This document shows positions 41,874-54,441 of a stretch of DNA of 64,000 nt, in pieces. Source of the DNA: Octopus sinensis (taxonomy: Eukaryota). Location of the stretch: positions 9,113,360 to 9,177,359 of the forward strand of contig NC_043019.1 of assembly GCF_006345805.1 (NCBI RefSeq), read 5' to 3'. The translations under genes were made by a program, and so were the position numbers. Position 1 is the stretch's first letter; each line of letters begins with the position of its first letter. The notes beneath the pieces were generated by a model. That model saw only the letters and a program-made list of their open reading frames with translations. It ran no database searches and was not told the DNA's origin.

Positions 41874-42149
41874 TGTGTGTATGTGTGTGTGCGTGTGTGT
41901 GTATGTGTGTATGCTCGAGAACGTGTATTGTGGAATAACCAAATCTTATAAATTAGCTCAGTTATGTCGGTTTCTGATATATTCAAACCGTAAAGAGGTT
42001 ATTTTCGTAGACGTCTGCCGTCGAGAAATTTCTCGATTTACACAACAGGTGTTAAAATAGCAACAGCCATTGCAAGATGCCCGTTACTAGACCGTCCGTC
42101 AAGTTCAAATAAATTTCCACCTGCTTTTTTCTGTCTTCACTAGAGTGTG

Positions 42150-42735
42150 CTACAAGAGTCTCTCATAACCTTGAGTTGACTTTCGAAGCCTTAGCTTCCT
42201 TACAGAAATTCAGTAGACCTGCGTGCGATCAGCCACCAGGTTCGAATCAGCAATGAAGCAGTGTTGTGCAATTGCCAAAACCTAAAATTTTCTCCATGGC
42301 AAACCGCAGTGAATACGGCATTTTTACAGGTCAAATCTATCAGCAACATACTTTCAGTGATATAAAGTTTTTTTTTTATTCCACAAACCTTGCTTGCGTG
42401 GACAATATAATTCGTATTCCAACTTGGCTGCCGATCGCCCGCAATCAGTGAATATTTCCTACTTACGTTCATCTCAAGCTTGTCCTTTTTTCAAGAACCC
42501 GGCACTGATGAAAGCCAAAGTACTAGAAATGCATGTATCTCCTAGAGGGCGTTGTGAGATAACTGCAGGTGTTTTGACACCATTTCCCAAAAGCGAAATT
42601 GCACCATTTAATGCAGACACGCTTTTTCTCTCCTGATTTCTCCTTTCCGCAAAAGAGCCGAGGGAAGAAACGTTGAAGACTTCTTCCATTTTCCTTGAGC
42701 ATTCTATTAATAACACTCGTTTGTCCCTCTTTCAC
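42150..42735 (-). mobile_element. Decayed RTE-like RT fragment
   Basis: AISLLGNGVKTPAVISQRPL...SAGF and KVCGIKKKLYIT...IDLT resemble RT domains 1-3 (YRGISLL...K; Q.GF; LY..FIDL.KAFD). Confidence 0.55.
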
Positions 42736-43886
42736 CGCGTCTTTCTATTTTGTCGTTTATGGTTTTAGGGGTGGATGGATTTCTGGATCATATATATACA
42801 TATATGCATGGGTGTGTATGCGTGTATATGCCTGTATGCGTAAACATATATATATATATATTTGCACACACACACATACACGCACAAGTGCACACACACA
42901 CACACATACACACACGCGCGCATATATGTATATGTATACATCCATACATACACATATATTCATACACCCATTTATATATACATATTTGTATGCGTTCAGC
43001 ACTTATGCACCTAATTTTTCCATAATCTCCCAGACTTTCTTTTTTTCTCTCTCCAAATCGTTTCTTTCCTCTCTGTATTCTAAAACCGACACACAAACGC
43101 ACCCCCCCACACACACACTTTCTCTCTTTCTTCTCTCTCTCTCTATCTTTCATCCTCTTCCTCCCTCTCTATTCCACTCGCTCACTTCTCTCGTCATTGT
43201 CTTTCTTTTCACTCTCTGTCTTTCCTTCTATCTCTCTCATAACCACTTTCTATCACTCCCTCTCTCTCAACACATATCTATATCTTTCTTTTTTATCCCA
43301 CTTCATTGCTTATACAATTTCTCTCTCCCCTTCACTTTCTTTCTGTCTCTCCTTCTTCCTCTCTCTCTCTCTCTTACACACTCCCTCACTCTCCCTATCT
43401 ATCGTTGTCGCTTACACGTACATTCTCTCTCGCTCTTTACTCTCTTACTCTATCAATCCATTGAACTCCATCGATCACAGTCGTTACCCGAACCTATATA
43501 AAACCCTCCATCAATACCATCACCGCCATTCAAACAACAACAACAAATATAGCAACAACAACAACAGCAGCAACAACGCTTCCACATCGCTTACGTCATC
43601 AAACTTTCCTCTAATTTTGTTATTACCAAATTTGGAAGCATATCGTAGTTTTGTGTGGCGAGGGTGAAGAAGGCGGAGGAAATATGAAAGGACGAGGCTG
43701 TGGGGTGTGGGGATGACGTCTCAAGCTTGCACGTGGTCGGTGGGGGGGGCAAGAGGTTGGGAAGAAGATAGAATGGATGGAGTGGGGGAAGTTTCAAAGT
43801 GGAATCTTGTAATTATAACACTTCGGGCTCAGAGTTCGAATCGCACTTTCAACAGAGACAATATATTCATATATATATATATATAT

Positions 43887-44726
43887 ATAATTAATCAATA
43901 TAGGGTGGCAAGGAAAATTTTGTAGAATTTTATTGCCACCAGCGGCCCAGCGGAAAAAATTAAATAGTCATAGACCATTTTTAGTTCAACATTAACAATT
44001 AAGGAACGGCCATAATAGGCCATTCACCCACTAGAAATAACAGCCAAAGCTTCTACCGCAATAAAGATCAATTCCGTAAACAGAGAAAATTAAAAAAACA
44101 TTTACCCTTTAATTTTCTCCTTTTTAATTTTTTTTAATTTTTAATTTTCTCCTGTTTACGGAATTGATCTTTATTTGCGGTAGAAGCTTTGGCTGTTATT
44201 TCTAGTGGGTGAATGGCCTATTATGGCCGTTCCTTAATTGTTAATGTTGAACTTAAAAATGGTCTATGACTATTTAATTTTTTTCCCGCTGGCCGCTGGT
44301 GGCAATAAAATTCTACAAAATTTTCCTTGCCACCCTATATTGATTAATTATGAATTTTTTGGTTAATTCCGTAAGGATCGACGGCTGATATTTATTTGCT
44401 GCCGATAATTTGGGCGCGAGTGCGACGATTTGAAAATTTTAGGTCAGATATGACTTGGCAAGATTGGATATGCCTCGTGTAATTATCTGTCCCGAGAGCT
44501 ATTTCTTGCTGATGAATCCGAGGCTTATGGAAGATTGGCTTGATTTAATTTAATTAGGTTGGTTACCATTAAACAACGGATGAAACGGTATACCGTACAA
44601 GAAATTACAGGGTAATGTTTTTTTAATTTTCTCCTGTTTACGGAATTGATCTTTATTTGCGGTAGAAGCTTTGGCTGTTATTTCTAGTGGGTGATGGCCT
44701 ATTATGGCCGTTCCTTAATTGTTAAT
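43887..44726 (+). mobile_element. Non-coding hammerhead-bearing repeat (retrozyme or Penelope pLTR-like): inverted arm + 482-bp unit + partial tandem copy
   Basis: 43887-44108 is inverted relative to about 44138-44351. 44610-44726 repeats the unit start at a period of 482 bp. (TA)n on both flanks; no ORF. Confidence 0.85.
44501..44605 (+). ncRNA. Type I hammerhead ribozyme, intact core
   Basis: Stem I ATTTCTTG/CAAGAAAT (8 bp); CTGATGA at 44509-44515; stem II ATCCG/CGGAT; GAAA at 44582-44585; stem III CGG-TATA-CCG; predicted GUA cleavage after 44597. Confidence 0.9.
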
Positions 44727-44793
44727 ATATATATATATATATATACACATTTACATATATATATAACTTATATATTTATATATTGATATGTAT

Positions 44794-44840
<47 letters not shown>

Positions 44841-45025
44841 TGTTTGAGAGAGGAGAGATAGACGGAAAGAGAGGGAGAGAGAGCGTATCAGAAGCGTTGA
44901 AACAGATATAGTTGTATTTCGGGATGGTCACGTTTTTTTTTGGGGGGGGGGGCAAATAAACACACGCACTGTATATTCGTTCTTCACTTGTTTATTACTG
45001 TTCTTATTCTAACTCATGTTCATTG

Positions 45026-45067
45026 GCCGGAAATCTTTCGTCATACATCTGTGACCTCCTCAGCGAC
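45026..45067 (-). ncRNA. Minimal type I hammerhead motif in the 3' pLTR of the adjacent Penelope-like element
   Basis: Minus strand GTCG-CTGAGGA-GGTCACAGATGTATGAC-GAAAGATTTC-CGGC: both boxes present, short stems, near-palindromic stem III. Confidence 0.6.
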
Positions 45068-45254
45068 GCTTACCGCCTTCGTGTGTGCTCTTACTCAACT
45101 TATTTCATTCTGAAATAAATGAGCAGAGTTAAAGCACAGAGGAAGACGAAAAATGTTGAAAAATAAAGAAAAGGTAAAAGAGTTATCTCTTTTACACCTT
45201 AAATTATAAGGCTGGAAAGATATCAACAAGTTAATCAGTTTTAGGCAGAATTTT

Positions 45255-45910
45255 TCAATTCTTCAAAATAAATTCAGCTATATGCTTGAAACCGCTAAAA
45301 ATCTCAGACCTAGCTTTCAGTAGAAAGGTAGGGATCAAAGATCTGAAAAAGGATCTGACTCTTTCAGCTAAACATATCCTACATTTATTTGATCCGTTAA
45401 CATAAGGTGTGGATTCTTCAATTATTTTCCACTTAATCACATGTGGCGTTTCGTTAGCTTTCAAACACCACATGTGTCTAGCCAACTTAGAAGCTTAGCT
45501 TTTGTCCTTATGTCGGAAAGATACCATGTGACTGGTATGTCAATTTTTAATTCCTCCATCATGTAATCCAATGGAGGTCTTCTGATCTGTTGAATTATTA
45601 TCGAGCAGTGCAGTAACTTCTACTTCAATTACAACATACTTAATCCTCCATCGTTGGTCAAGTGGACAGGATCCTGGGTAACGCCGGTTATAATTGGATT
45701 TAACCTCTTGCTATTGACTTCGTGTAATGATACTCTCTTCATATTGGAACAGCAGCTATATGATAATTTCACAGAACGCCTATTAAATATATTTTCCTGT
45801 ATCTGTGAGTTGCTGGAAAGTGTTTGTCTGGCAGAGACAGGAGACTTGTTGGTTTTTATATTAAAGGAAAAGGGAAGGTCGAACGATATAGTTTTCCGTG
45901 GCCTGTTTCA
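45255..45910 (-). mobile_element. Penelope-like element (Naiad-type) 3' ORF fragment with GIY-YIG endonuclease, decayed
   Basis: RPRKTISFDLPFSFNIKTN.../DKHFPATHRY/IFNRRSVKLSYSCCSNM.../SCPLDQRW..KYVV...KTSIGL...HMVSFRH...LARHMWCLK...IKWKII...PYVNGSNKCRICLAE...RSEIFSGFKH. Confidence 0.85.
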
Positions 45911-46176
45911 CTTCTCTTATTATCATTCTGATTAATATTAATTTATACTGTTTATGTATATAGGCGAGTTTCTCATTAGGCTTATGGAGAGGCTTATACG
46001 AGGACACATCTCAAAAATCAACTATAAGCAGACTACTAGCTATTGTAATTTTGAGACCTAATTGCCCGAGGGTAGCGATGAGTTGTTCTCTAAATCTATC
46101 AAGGGTGGGATCATCACACCCATGGGAAATACTCAAACTGTCTATCGTGAATCTTTATGTCAATACATGTGTGTGA

Positions 46177-46247
<71 letters not shown>

Positions 46248-46248
<1 letters not shown>

Positions 46249-46415
46249 GCTCAAGCGTGGCTTTGTTGTAAGAAGCTTGCCCCACAATCATATTGTTTTG
46301 GGTTCAGCCCCGCTGTGTGGAAGCTTGAGCGTCTTCTACTATAGCCTTGGGCCGACAAAAGCCTTGTGAGTGGATTTGGTAGATGGAAACTAAAATAAGG
46401 CTGTCATGTGTATCG
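46248..46415 (+). mobile_element. 5' part of the CORE-like tRNA SINE
   Basis: Aligns to 61825-61985. Confidence 0.75.
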
Positions 46416-46751
46416 GGCAAACCTAAGTAACGTCTAACCGGATGAGGCAAACTAAATATCATGTTTTTTTTTAAATTTAGTGCACCTTGTTGGGGTCGCA
46501 TTGGAGGAGGGTATGAAAACATGTTTTTACGATTACCTGAGCGTTGGGGATGATATATTTTTCACAACGTGTAGTTGATATAGCGCTCGTGGCGGTGTTG
46601 GGGACAACAGAGTTTGAGTTTTAGAAGCGGACCGGATAATCAAGAACGGTTATGCAATGTGTATGCAGTAAGTGAAGCTAAAAGCGTGTATGCATGGGTA
46701 TGTGTGCCTAAGTACGTGTGTGTAACCGTGTGTAAGCGAGTGTGTATGTTT

Positions 46752-46816
<65 letters not shown>

Positions 46817-47104
46817 GTGTGTTTGTGTGTGTGTAGAACTTTTGCCAAGATTCCTTCTCGAATTTTCCGCTGAATGGAAGTCATCTTGTCACAGATTCTA
46901 TGAAGAAGTCTGCGATTCAAGTGTTTAATGTGTCATTGAATTTTCGATGTGTTTACTTAAAATGACAGCTGATGAAGTGGTTTTACGGAAATTACACCCG
47001 TGCAAAGACAGCAACTTTTATTGGCGTGGGTGTAGCTGTACGTTTATATTTGTATGTATGTATGTATGCATTTGTGTATGTGCGTATGTATGTGTGTACG
47101 TATG

Positions 47105-47138
<34 letters not shown>

Positions 47139-47309
47139 TAAATGAATAAACGAATGCATGCGTCTGTCTTTTGTGATTGTGTCGATGTATGCACGTGTTT
47201 TCGCTTGCATCAGCGTATATTGCTGTGTGTCTGTGTGTCTGTACGTATTTTATGTATTTTCGAATATATACGCGTCTTTCTACGTTTGAGATTTTTGTTA
47301 TTTTTTCTT

Positions 47310-48045
47310 AAATTCCTGGGTTTGGCGGAAGGGACAGGAGCAAGGACCTTCTGGATGGTGAAATTGGTGTCATTAATAATCGCCTTCGACCTTGCAGGAA
47401 GAAGTATGAACAGGGAGGGGATTCTGGGCATGAAATATCGGGTAGAGTAGTCCATGGTGCTCTGGGAGCTTGGGTACAATAAGGGTGACGAGAGAACGGA
47501 AGCCAAGGGGGAGAGAAATCTCTGCGTGGAGATAACAGGAATCCAGCCAATTTCTTGGATTAGATGCCATTTTAGAAGCGATCGGAGAATCAGAATGATA
47601 TGACAGCATCACCATCACAAATGGGAACGCAATATTCCATTGTCGATTCCCCTGCGTTTTGCCGAATAACAATCATTTTCTAGGTCTGACATATCTTCCG
47701 GACCTAAAGAGAAGGGATACTCGTTATGAAGGGGATTCGCATGCCAGACAGGATCGAACGTTTTACTGATATCAAGGGTGGTAACATGGTTGTCAATAAA
47801 TTTGTCCGGAGGCAAAAGCCCACTCTGCGATAACAAAGTTGAAAGGTTAACAGTAGCAGTGCTTTAATGGAAACCATCCCAGTTGTCGTTAATGAGAGAG
47901 ACTGAAGTTATTGGAGAACAACGTGGCTAATGGCTGCTCACGTGTCTTTAGTGATATTAAAAATAAATGCAATAGGTTAATGGTTGACAAGGTAGGAAAT
48001 GTCTCCTTTCGAAGGGATGCGACAAATTATAACGTGGGTCCAAAG
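47310..48045 (-). mobile_element. CR1/Jockey-group LINE RT relic, internally deleted
   Basis: IPSKGD...NH.PIAF, TLDISKTFDPVWHANPLH (DISKAFD.VWH), then GFLLSPRRDFSP and KAIIND. Confidence 0.7.
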
Positions 48046-48607
48046 ACTAAAGATTAACTAAATACTTGCAGAGAGGAATGGATTGTAAAGTTGAATGAGT
48101 ATACCGCATCGATACACAGCTTTTCATGTGTTGTATAGCTTTTTCCGATACGATATTTGCTCGTAGTTTTGGCATTTCTATGAAAATTAACTTGAAATAT
48201 CTTCCGAGTTGCCTTAATGCAACGATTCTGGCTGCATTAACAGTCCCTGTCCAATTGAAGACTGTCAGCAATCGTTTTAAAGCAATTTATCTAAAATAGA
48301 ATGAGTCATATGTCTGTGCTTATGGAAGGATTTGATAGATTCCGTTTAAAGAGGAGACATTTTCTGAGTCCCACAAAATTACAAAGCTAATAAAGGAAGC
48401 CTATGAAGTTTATTGTCAACTGTCTTTATCTGTCTTTTGAATACTTTGAGACACACACACACACACATAAAGACGCATACATCTAATCGTATATACTGAT
48501 ATACATGCACATATACATCCATAAATATATATACACGTAATGTGTACTCATGTGTGCGTGTGGATGTAATTGAGTGTCTGTATGATTAGTAATATTCTTT
48601 AATGCTA

Positions 48608-48810
48608 AGGCGGCGGAGTGGCAGAACCGCTAACAGCACCAGAGAGAAAAATGTATAGCGGTATTTCTTTCGATTTTGCATCATAAGTTCGAATTCCAGC
48701 GAGGTCGTCTTTTCCATACTCGATAAAATAGGAACAAGTTGAACAGTGGGGTCGTTATAATCGACTTACCCCCACCCACGAAATTGCTGGCCTTGTGCCA
48801 AAATATTAAA
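48608..48810 (+). mobile_element. Diverged Meta-domain-like SINE
   Basis: GGCGGCGGAGTGGCAGAA...AGTTCGAATTCC.GCGAGGTCG...AAATTGCTGGCCTTGTGCCAAAA. Confidence 0.75.
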
Positions 48811-49707
48811 CAGATATATAACAATGCTAATCAAAATTGTTTTCTCATTTCTTACGCCGTTCAACAACCTCAAACTTGAATTAAGTCAATCTCAGTCTCT
48901 CGCCTAAATTCGATTACATTAACCAAAGCACTTCTTAACAGTCGTCACGCCTGTTGTTGGTGCTCTGCTGTATTCGGAATCATCTCAAATTCCCTAAAAT
49001 AATTAGCTTCGTACATACATATAAATTTCCTGATTGACACAAAGTCGTAAACCTTATCCAAATCACACTTGATTTTCCGACACCTTATTCATTGATATCC
49101 GGATTATATTATCACAAACAATAACAAAGAGGAATTTTGCGAATGTATTAACAAAAAGAATTTATGAAATTACATAATAGTACCCGTTACACTATCAGGG
49201 GTAAAAGGGGTAATTCATTTTAATCTGGCTAAAATATATTCATGAAGCAGTTCAAATATTTTTGAAAAGAAAACGAAACATGTTTTAACATTCACAAATA
49301 ATGGATGCTTATATATTGCAATGAATTCAGGTTCAACCACAATAGGACCCTGTCTGAATACCCCTAGGCCCAGTGTTCTTTTTAACACTATATCAGCCAT
49401 GCAGCATCCTGCCTACATCTATTGTTGGTATTATTTACCTCCAGATCAAGCCTTATTGACTATATCTATCGATTATACTTGTGGTTACTGTTTTTGCTCG
49501 GCGAAAGGTCAGCCGTTTTCTTGATTAGCCCTTGGGCAGTTATCATCTACCTAAAATTTAGTATTATTGTTTAGACCTAGGGGTAGCACAAATTTGACAA
49601 TAGATCCAGGTCTACCTTGATGAAGTACACAGATTAAGAGAGGCATTTCAACCAATACCAAGGTATATCTTTACAAACACACACACATATACATATAAGT
49701 ATATATG

Positions 49708-49758
<51 letters not shown>

Positions 49759-49794
49759 GTGTATGTATATATGTATATATATGTATATATATAT

Positions 49795-49908
<114 letters not shown>

Positions 49909-50234
49909 ATGCTAGGGTGTGATTTGACTTCAACCTGGGTGTTGCATCTTGCTGGTTGCAGAACAGAACTGCATATACTCTCACGCTGTTGTTGCTGTTG
50001 TTGTTGTTGTTGTTGTCGTGCTGAGCAGGATTATTGTTAAGAAATGACGACATCAAAGACGTCATCCATTGCCTTCCGCATGTTGTAATTTAAACAGGAT
50101 ACATTCTGAGATAGACAGCAGACGGAAGGAAAAGTAACGGGTGGGGCCCTGTTAAGGAAAATACAACTACTCCACCCCGTCATAGCAAAGTACCACTACG
50201 ATCGGAAATAGAAATTATATCAAAATATACATAG

Positions 50235-50287
<53 letters not shown>

Positions 50288-50495
50288 TAGATACACAGAC
50301 ACTGAAAATACGCGCGCGTATGTACGTGAACACATACATGCACACATACATATATGATGTATATTATATGTTGAATAAGTTACAGGTACGCATTCACATA
50401 TGTGGTTTATATGTAAGTAAATATGTAATTTCTATATGCGTATATATTTGCATGTAATTCCATGTGCATATATATGTAGAGAGAGACAGAAAAAG

Positions 50496-50543
<48 letters not shown>

Positions 50544-50575
50544 GTTATTTTTGCGCACACATGTACAGGTACATA

Positions 50576-50631
<56 letters not shown>

Positions 50632-51474
50632 CGTGTGTGTGTGTATAGGAGTGTGTAGATATGCAAAGTGAAAGTGAGACAGAAAAACTGAGAGAAGAAA
50701 ACGTACGAAAGCGAAAGAAGTAACAAAACACGAGAAAGAAACATAATTTTTCTTTTCTTCTTCTTCTTTTGCAAATGTTACCTGATCTGACCTTAATATT
50801 ATATTTTTCACCTGATTGATTTGCTATAAAAGTGTCATCTCTCATAGTACGTGGTTTCCAATACATGTCGGTTTCAGGTGTCTTCTAATGGAGATAGTAG
50901 CATACCGGAAGTTGGAAATTTTAATGTGAATCATGGCTGACATTTTGAATGCTGTTTTTTCTTGATCAATTTTGGATTTTTTGTTTGATTTTCATTTGTT
51001 TTATTTTTCTTCTTTCATTATTTCATTTTTTAGTCATTTCCTGTTTTGTGTCTAAGCTTTTTAGATGTCGGATAGAAGAAAGAACGAGAGTTAAGCTCTT
51101 CGATGGAAAGAAACCGACATCCTGTTTCAATTCTTCAATAAAGTAGAATGATTATTTTTATTTTCATTTTTATTTGTTTATTCGCATGTTTACTTGCTTG
51201 TTTCGAGTTTGATTCTGGTTTTAAATTCATTTTGGCAGCTAATTGAATTGATTTAGACGGTTGACACCTCGCATTTGCATTACTTTCTTCATCATATTCA
51301 GCCGTCGTAAAATTAATTTATCTCTTAATTTCCCATCAGAGTGACACTGCAGTTTAGGAAAGAAATGGGGGAATTAAGATGCTCCCAAAAAGCAAACGGA
51401 AGGACCAAGAGGTTGCTGACGCAATTGTCATTATTATTGCTGTTGTTGTTGTTGTTGTCTTTATTTATTCCCAT

Positions 51475-51908
51475 TTTGCGTTCTGAGTTCAAATTCTGCT
51501 GAGGTCATCTTAATTTTTCATTCTTTCCATGTCAAATAAATAAACACCCGTTTAGAACTGGGTTCGATGACATCAACTTACCACCTTCACCAAAATGTCA
51601 AGCCTTGGGCTTAAAATAGGTAAAACTCTGAAAGGCGCCGAGTTGGCAGAGGCGTTGGAACGTGGACAAAATGCTTAGCGATATTTCGTCTGTCATTACG
51701 TTCAGAGTTCAAATTCTGCCATCGTTGATTTTGTCTTTCATCTTTTCGGGATGCATAAAATAAATACTATTTACGCACTGGGGGTCAATGTAACCGACAA
51801 GCTGCCCTTAAAATTTCAGGCCTTATGCCTATATTAGAAAGGAACAGTATTAATATTTTTTCCGAATTTGTCTTCTGAGTTTAAATTCTGCAGGGGTCGA
51901 TTTTGCCT
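51475..51908 (+). mobile_element. Cluster of Meta-domain-like SINE copies (partial 51475-51620, full 51634-51845, fragment 51870-51908)
   Basis: Repeated GAGTT(C/T)AAATTCTGC core and tails. Confidence 0.75.
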
Positions 51909-51929
51909 TATTATTATTATTATTATTAC

Positions 51930-51983
<54 letters not shown>

Positions 51984-52537
51984 CGTAAAAGGATTGACGT
52001 AACTCTTCACAAAAGTAAACAGATGAGACGAAGATGCTGGTTGCTCTCATTCATATTTTAGATTTAAATTTCTATAATTATGAATTTTCATCATTTTTCA
52101 ATTTGAATTCGACAAAGACAGGCTCAAAAGGCCTCTGAATAAGGGTTGTTTATGGATATTGAACAAAACACCCATGCTGGTGTGTTTACGTGTCTGTAAC
52201 TTAACGGTGCGAAAAAAGGCTCCAGTTTTAATAAAAAGAAGAAGTGGAGTCGCTCACTTCAACTAGAAATTCTTTAAGTCGGAGCCCCAGCATGGCCGCT
52301 GTCCAGTCTAATGACTAGAACTCGTAAAAGACAAAAGATAAAAGATACATACGAGCGTTTGGGTGAGTGGGTGTGTGAGGTGAGTGGGGATTAGTGAGGC
52401 GTGGGGGTGTGAGCGTGTGTGTGGACGTGTCTGTGTGCGTGTATGTATTTGTGTGCGTGTGCATAAGTGTATGAGTGAGTGTGTAAGTGTTTGTGTGCAT
52501 GTGTATGTATGTGTGCGTGTGCGTGTATGTGTGTGAT

Positions 52538-52575
<38 letters not shown>

Positions 52576-52694
52576 GGAGTTGGATTTGTGTGGAATTGGC
52601 TGTATTTTATGGATTAGTGGAGTGTTACTCGTGTCAAATTTCTCTTAGAAGGAGAGATTTGAGTGGAGCGGAGTAGATCCAGGGAGAGAAATAT

Positions 52695-53066
52695 ATTTTT
52701 CTACTCTAGGCACAAGGCCTGAAATTTTAGGGGAGAGGGCCAGTCGATTAGATCGACTCCAGTAGGCAACTGGTACTTAATTTATCGACCCCGAAAGGAT
52801 AAAAGTCGATAACGGCGAAATTTGAACTCAGAACGTAATGACAGACGAAATACCTATTTCTTTACACAGAGAGGACAATCAAGGACAGACAAACGGATTA
52901 TGTCGATTATATCGACCCCAGTGCGTAACTGGCACTTAATTTATCGACCATGAAAGGATGAAAGGCGAAGTCGACCCCGGCGGAATTTGAACTCGGAACG
53001 TAACGGCAGACGAAATGCCGCAAAGCAGTTCGCCCGGCGTGCTAACATTTCTGCCAGCTCGCCGCC
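52695..53066 (-). mobile_element. Composite of two Meta-domain-like SINE units, junction at 52854/52855
   Basis: Same AAAGAAATA|GGTATTTCGTCTG junction. The downstream unit has the CAGGCCTTGTGCCTAGAGTAGAAAA tail. Confidence 0.9.
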
Positions 53067-53295
53067 TGCAGGGAGAGAAATATTACAGGCTAAATGGGGA
53101 AGAAGAGGAAGAAGAATCCGATGAGATTCCGGTGACGGAGCGAAGTGGGTGGGTGGGGGTAGAGGAAAGTAGTAACTGAAGTGGTTGGTGAAGGGAGGAG
53201 GAGAGGAAACAAAGGTGTGTTTGGAGATGAGGATGGATATAAGGGATGACGTGTGAGTAAGTCTACTGCTGTCATGCATTGGAGATATTGTCAGC

Positions 53296-53421
53296 ATGAC
53301 GACATCACTGATGACGTCAAAGACAAAGATGGTGATGATAATGATGATAACGATAACGATGATGATGATGATGATGATGATGATAACGATAACGATGATG
53401 ATGATAATGGTTCTGATGACG

Positions 53422-53453
<32 letters not shown>

Positions 53454-53800
53454 GCCGATGATGACGATGATGATAATGATGATGATGACGACGACGATGA
53501 CGATGATGATGACGACGGTACAGGCAGGATGGTGGCAATGAGGACAATTATGACTCTGATGACACGGATGCTGGTAGTTGTCACATTATTAACAATGATG
53601 ATGATGATGATGTTGAAGGTGATAGTGGTGATTGTGGTGGTGGTGGTGGTGATCGTCGCCGGCATTGCCATTGTTATCGTCGTCCTTGTTGTCGTCATAG
53701 TGGTGGTGGTGGTGGTCATGGTGGTGGTGGTGGTGGTCATGGTGGTGGTGGTGGTGGTCATGGTGGTGGTGGTGGTGGTCATGGTGGTGGTGGTGGTGAT
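53296..53800. repeat. (GAT)n/(GGT)n trinucleotide region with 21-bp GTCATG(GTG)5 units
   Basis: Directly visible. Confidence 0.9.
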
Positions 53801-54236
53801 GTTCATTGCCGTTCCCTCCTTAATTCCATTCTTATTTTAAATATACTTTTCTGAAATCCAAATTTACTGAAGAAAATATTAAGTTTTCTATTATTAAAAT
53901 ATTTTATATGTTTCTGTATTAAAAACATACATGCATACGTACACATATGCGAGTGTGTGTTTGTATGTGTGTAAGTGTGCGTGTGTGTGTGTGTTTGCGC
54001 GCGTGCGTTTCTTCCTCGGAATAATGGTTCTCGAAGCACATGATATACAAGTACAAGAAACCAGCTTGCAAATTTTCTTATGGAAAATCTTTTTGGATAG
54101 AAAAATGTTGAAGACTGCACGGGGAGCGATGGGAAACGGGAACCATTAATTCTAAAAAGAAGTTTTTATGTCCTCTCGAGAGATTAATGTAGCTGTGTAC
54201 AAACATGCATACTCACACGCGCATACACACACACAC

Positions 54237-54316
<80 letters not shown>

Positions 54317-54441
54317 CTGTGTGTGTGTAAGTATGTATGTACGTATGCATGTATGCATACATATGTATAGAGAGAGAGAGTAAAGAATAGACAGACAGTC
54401 AAACAGACAGAGAGATCGATAAGTTGATGTATATACATATA

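Noticed and set aside
42695-43501. Longest ORF (268 aa)
   Set aside because: Made of (CA)n, (TA)n and CT-rich low-complexity sequence that lacks stops by composition.
53253-53840. 195-aa Asp/Val-rich ORF
   Set aside because: Trinucleotide repeats.
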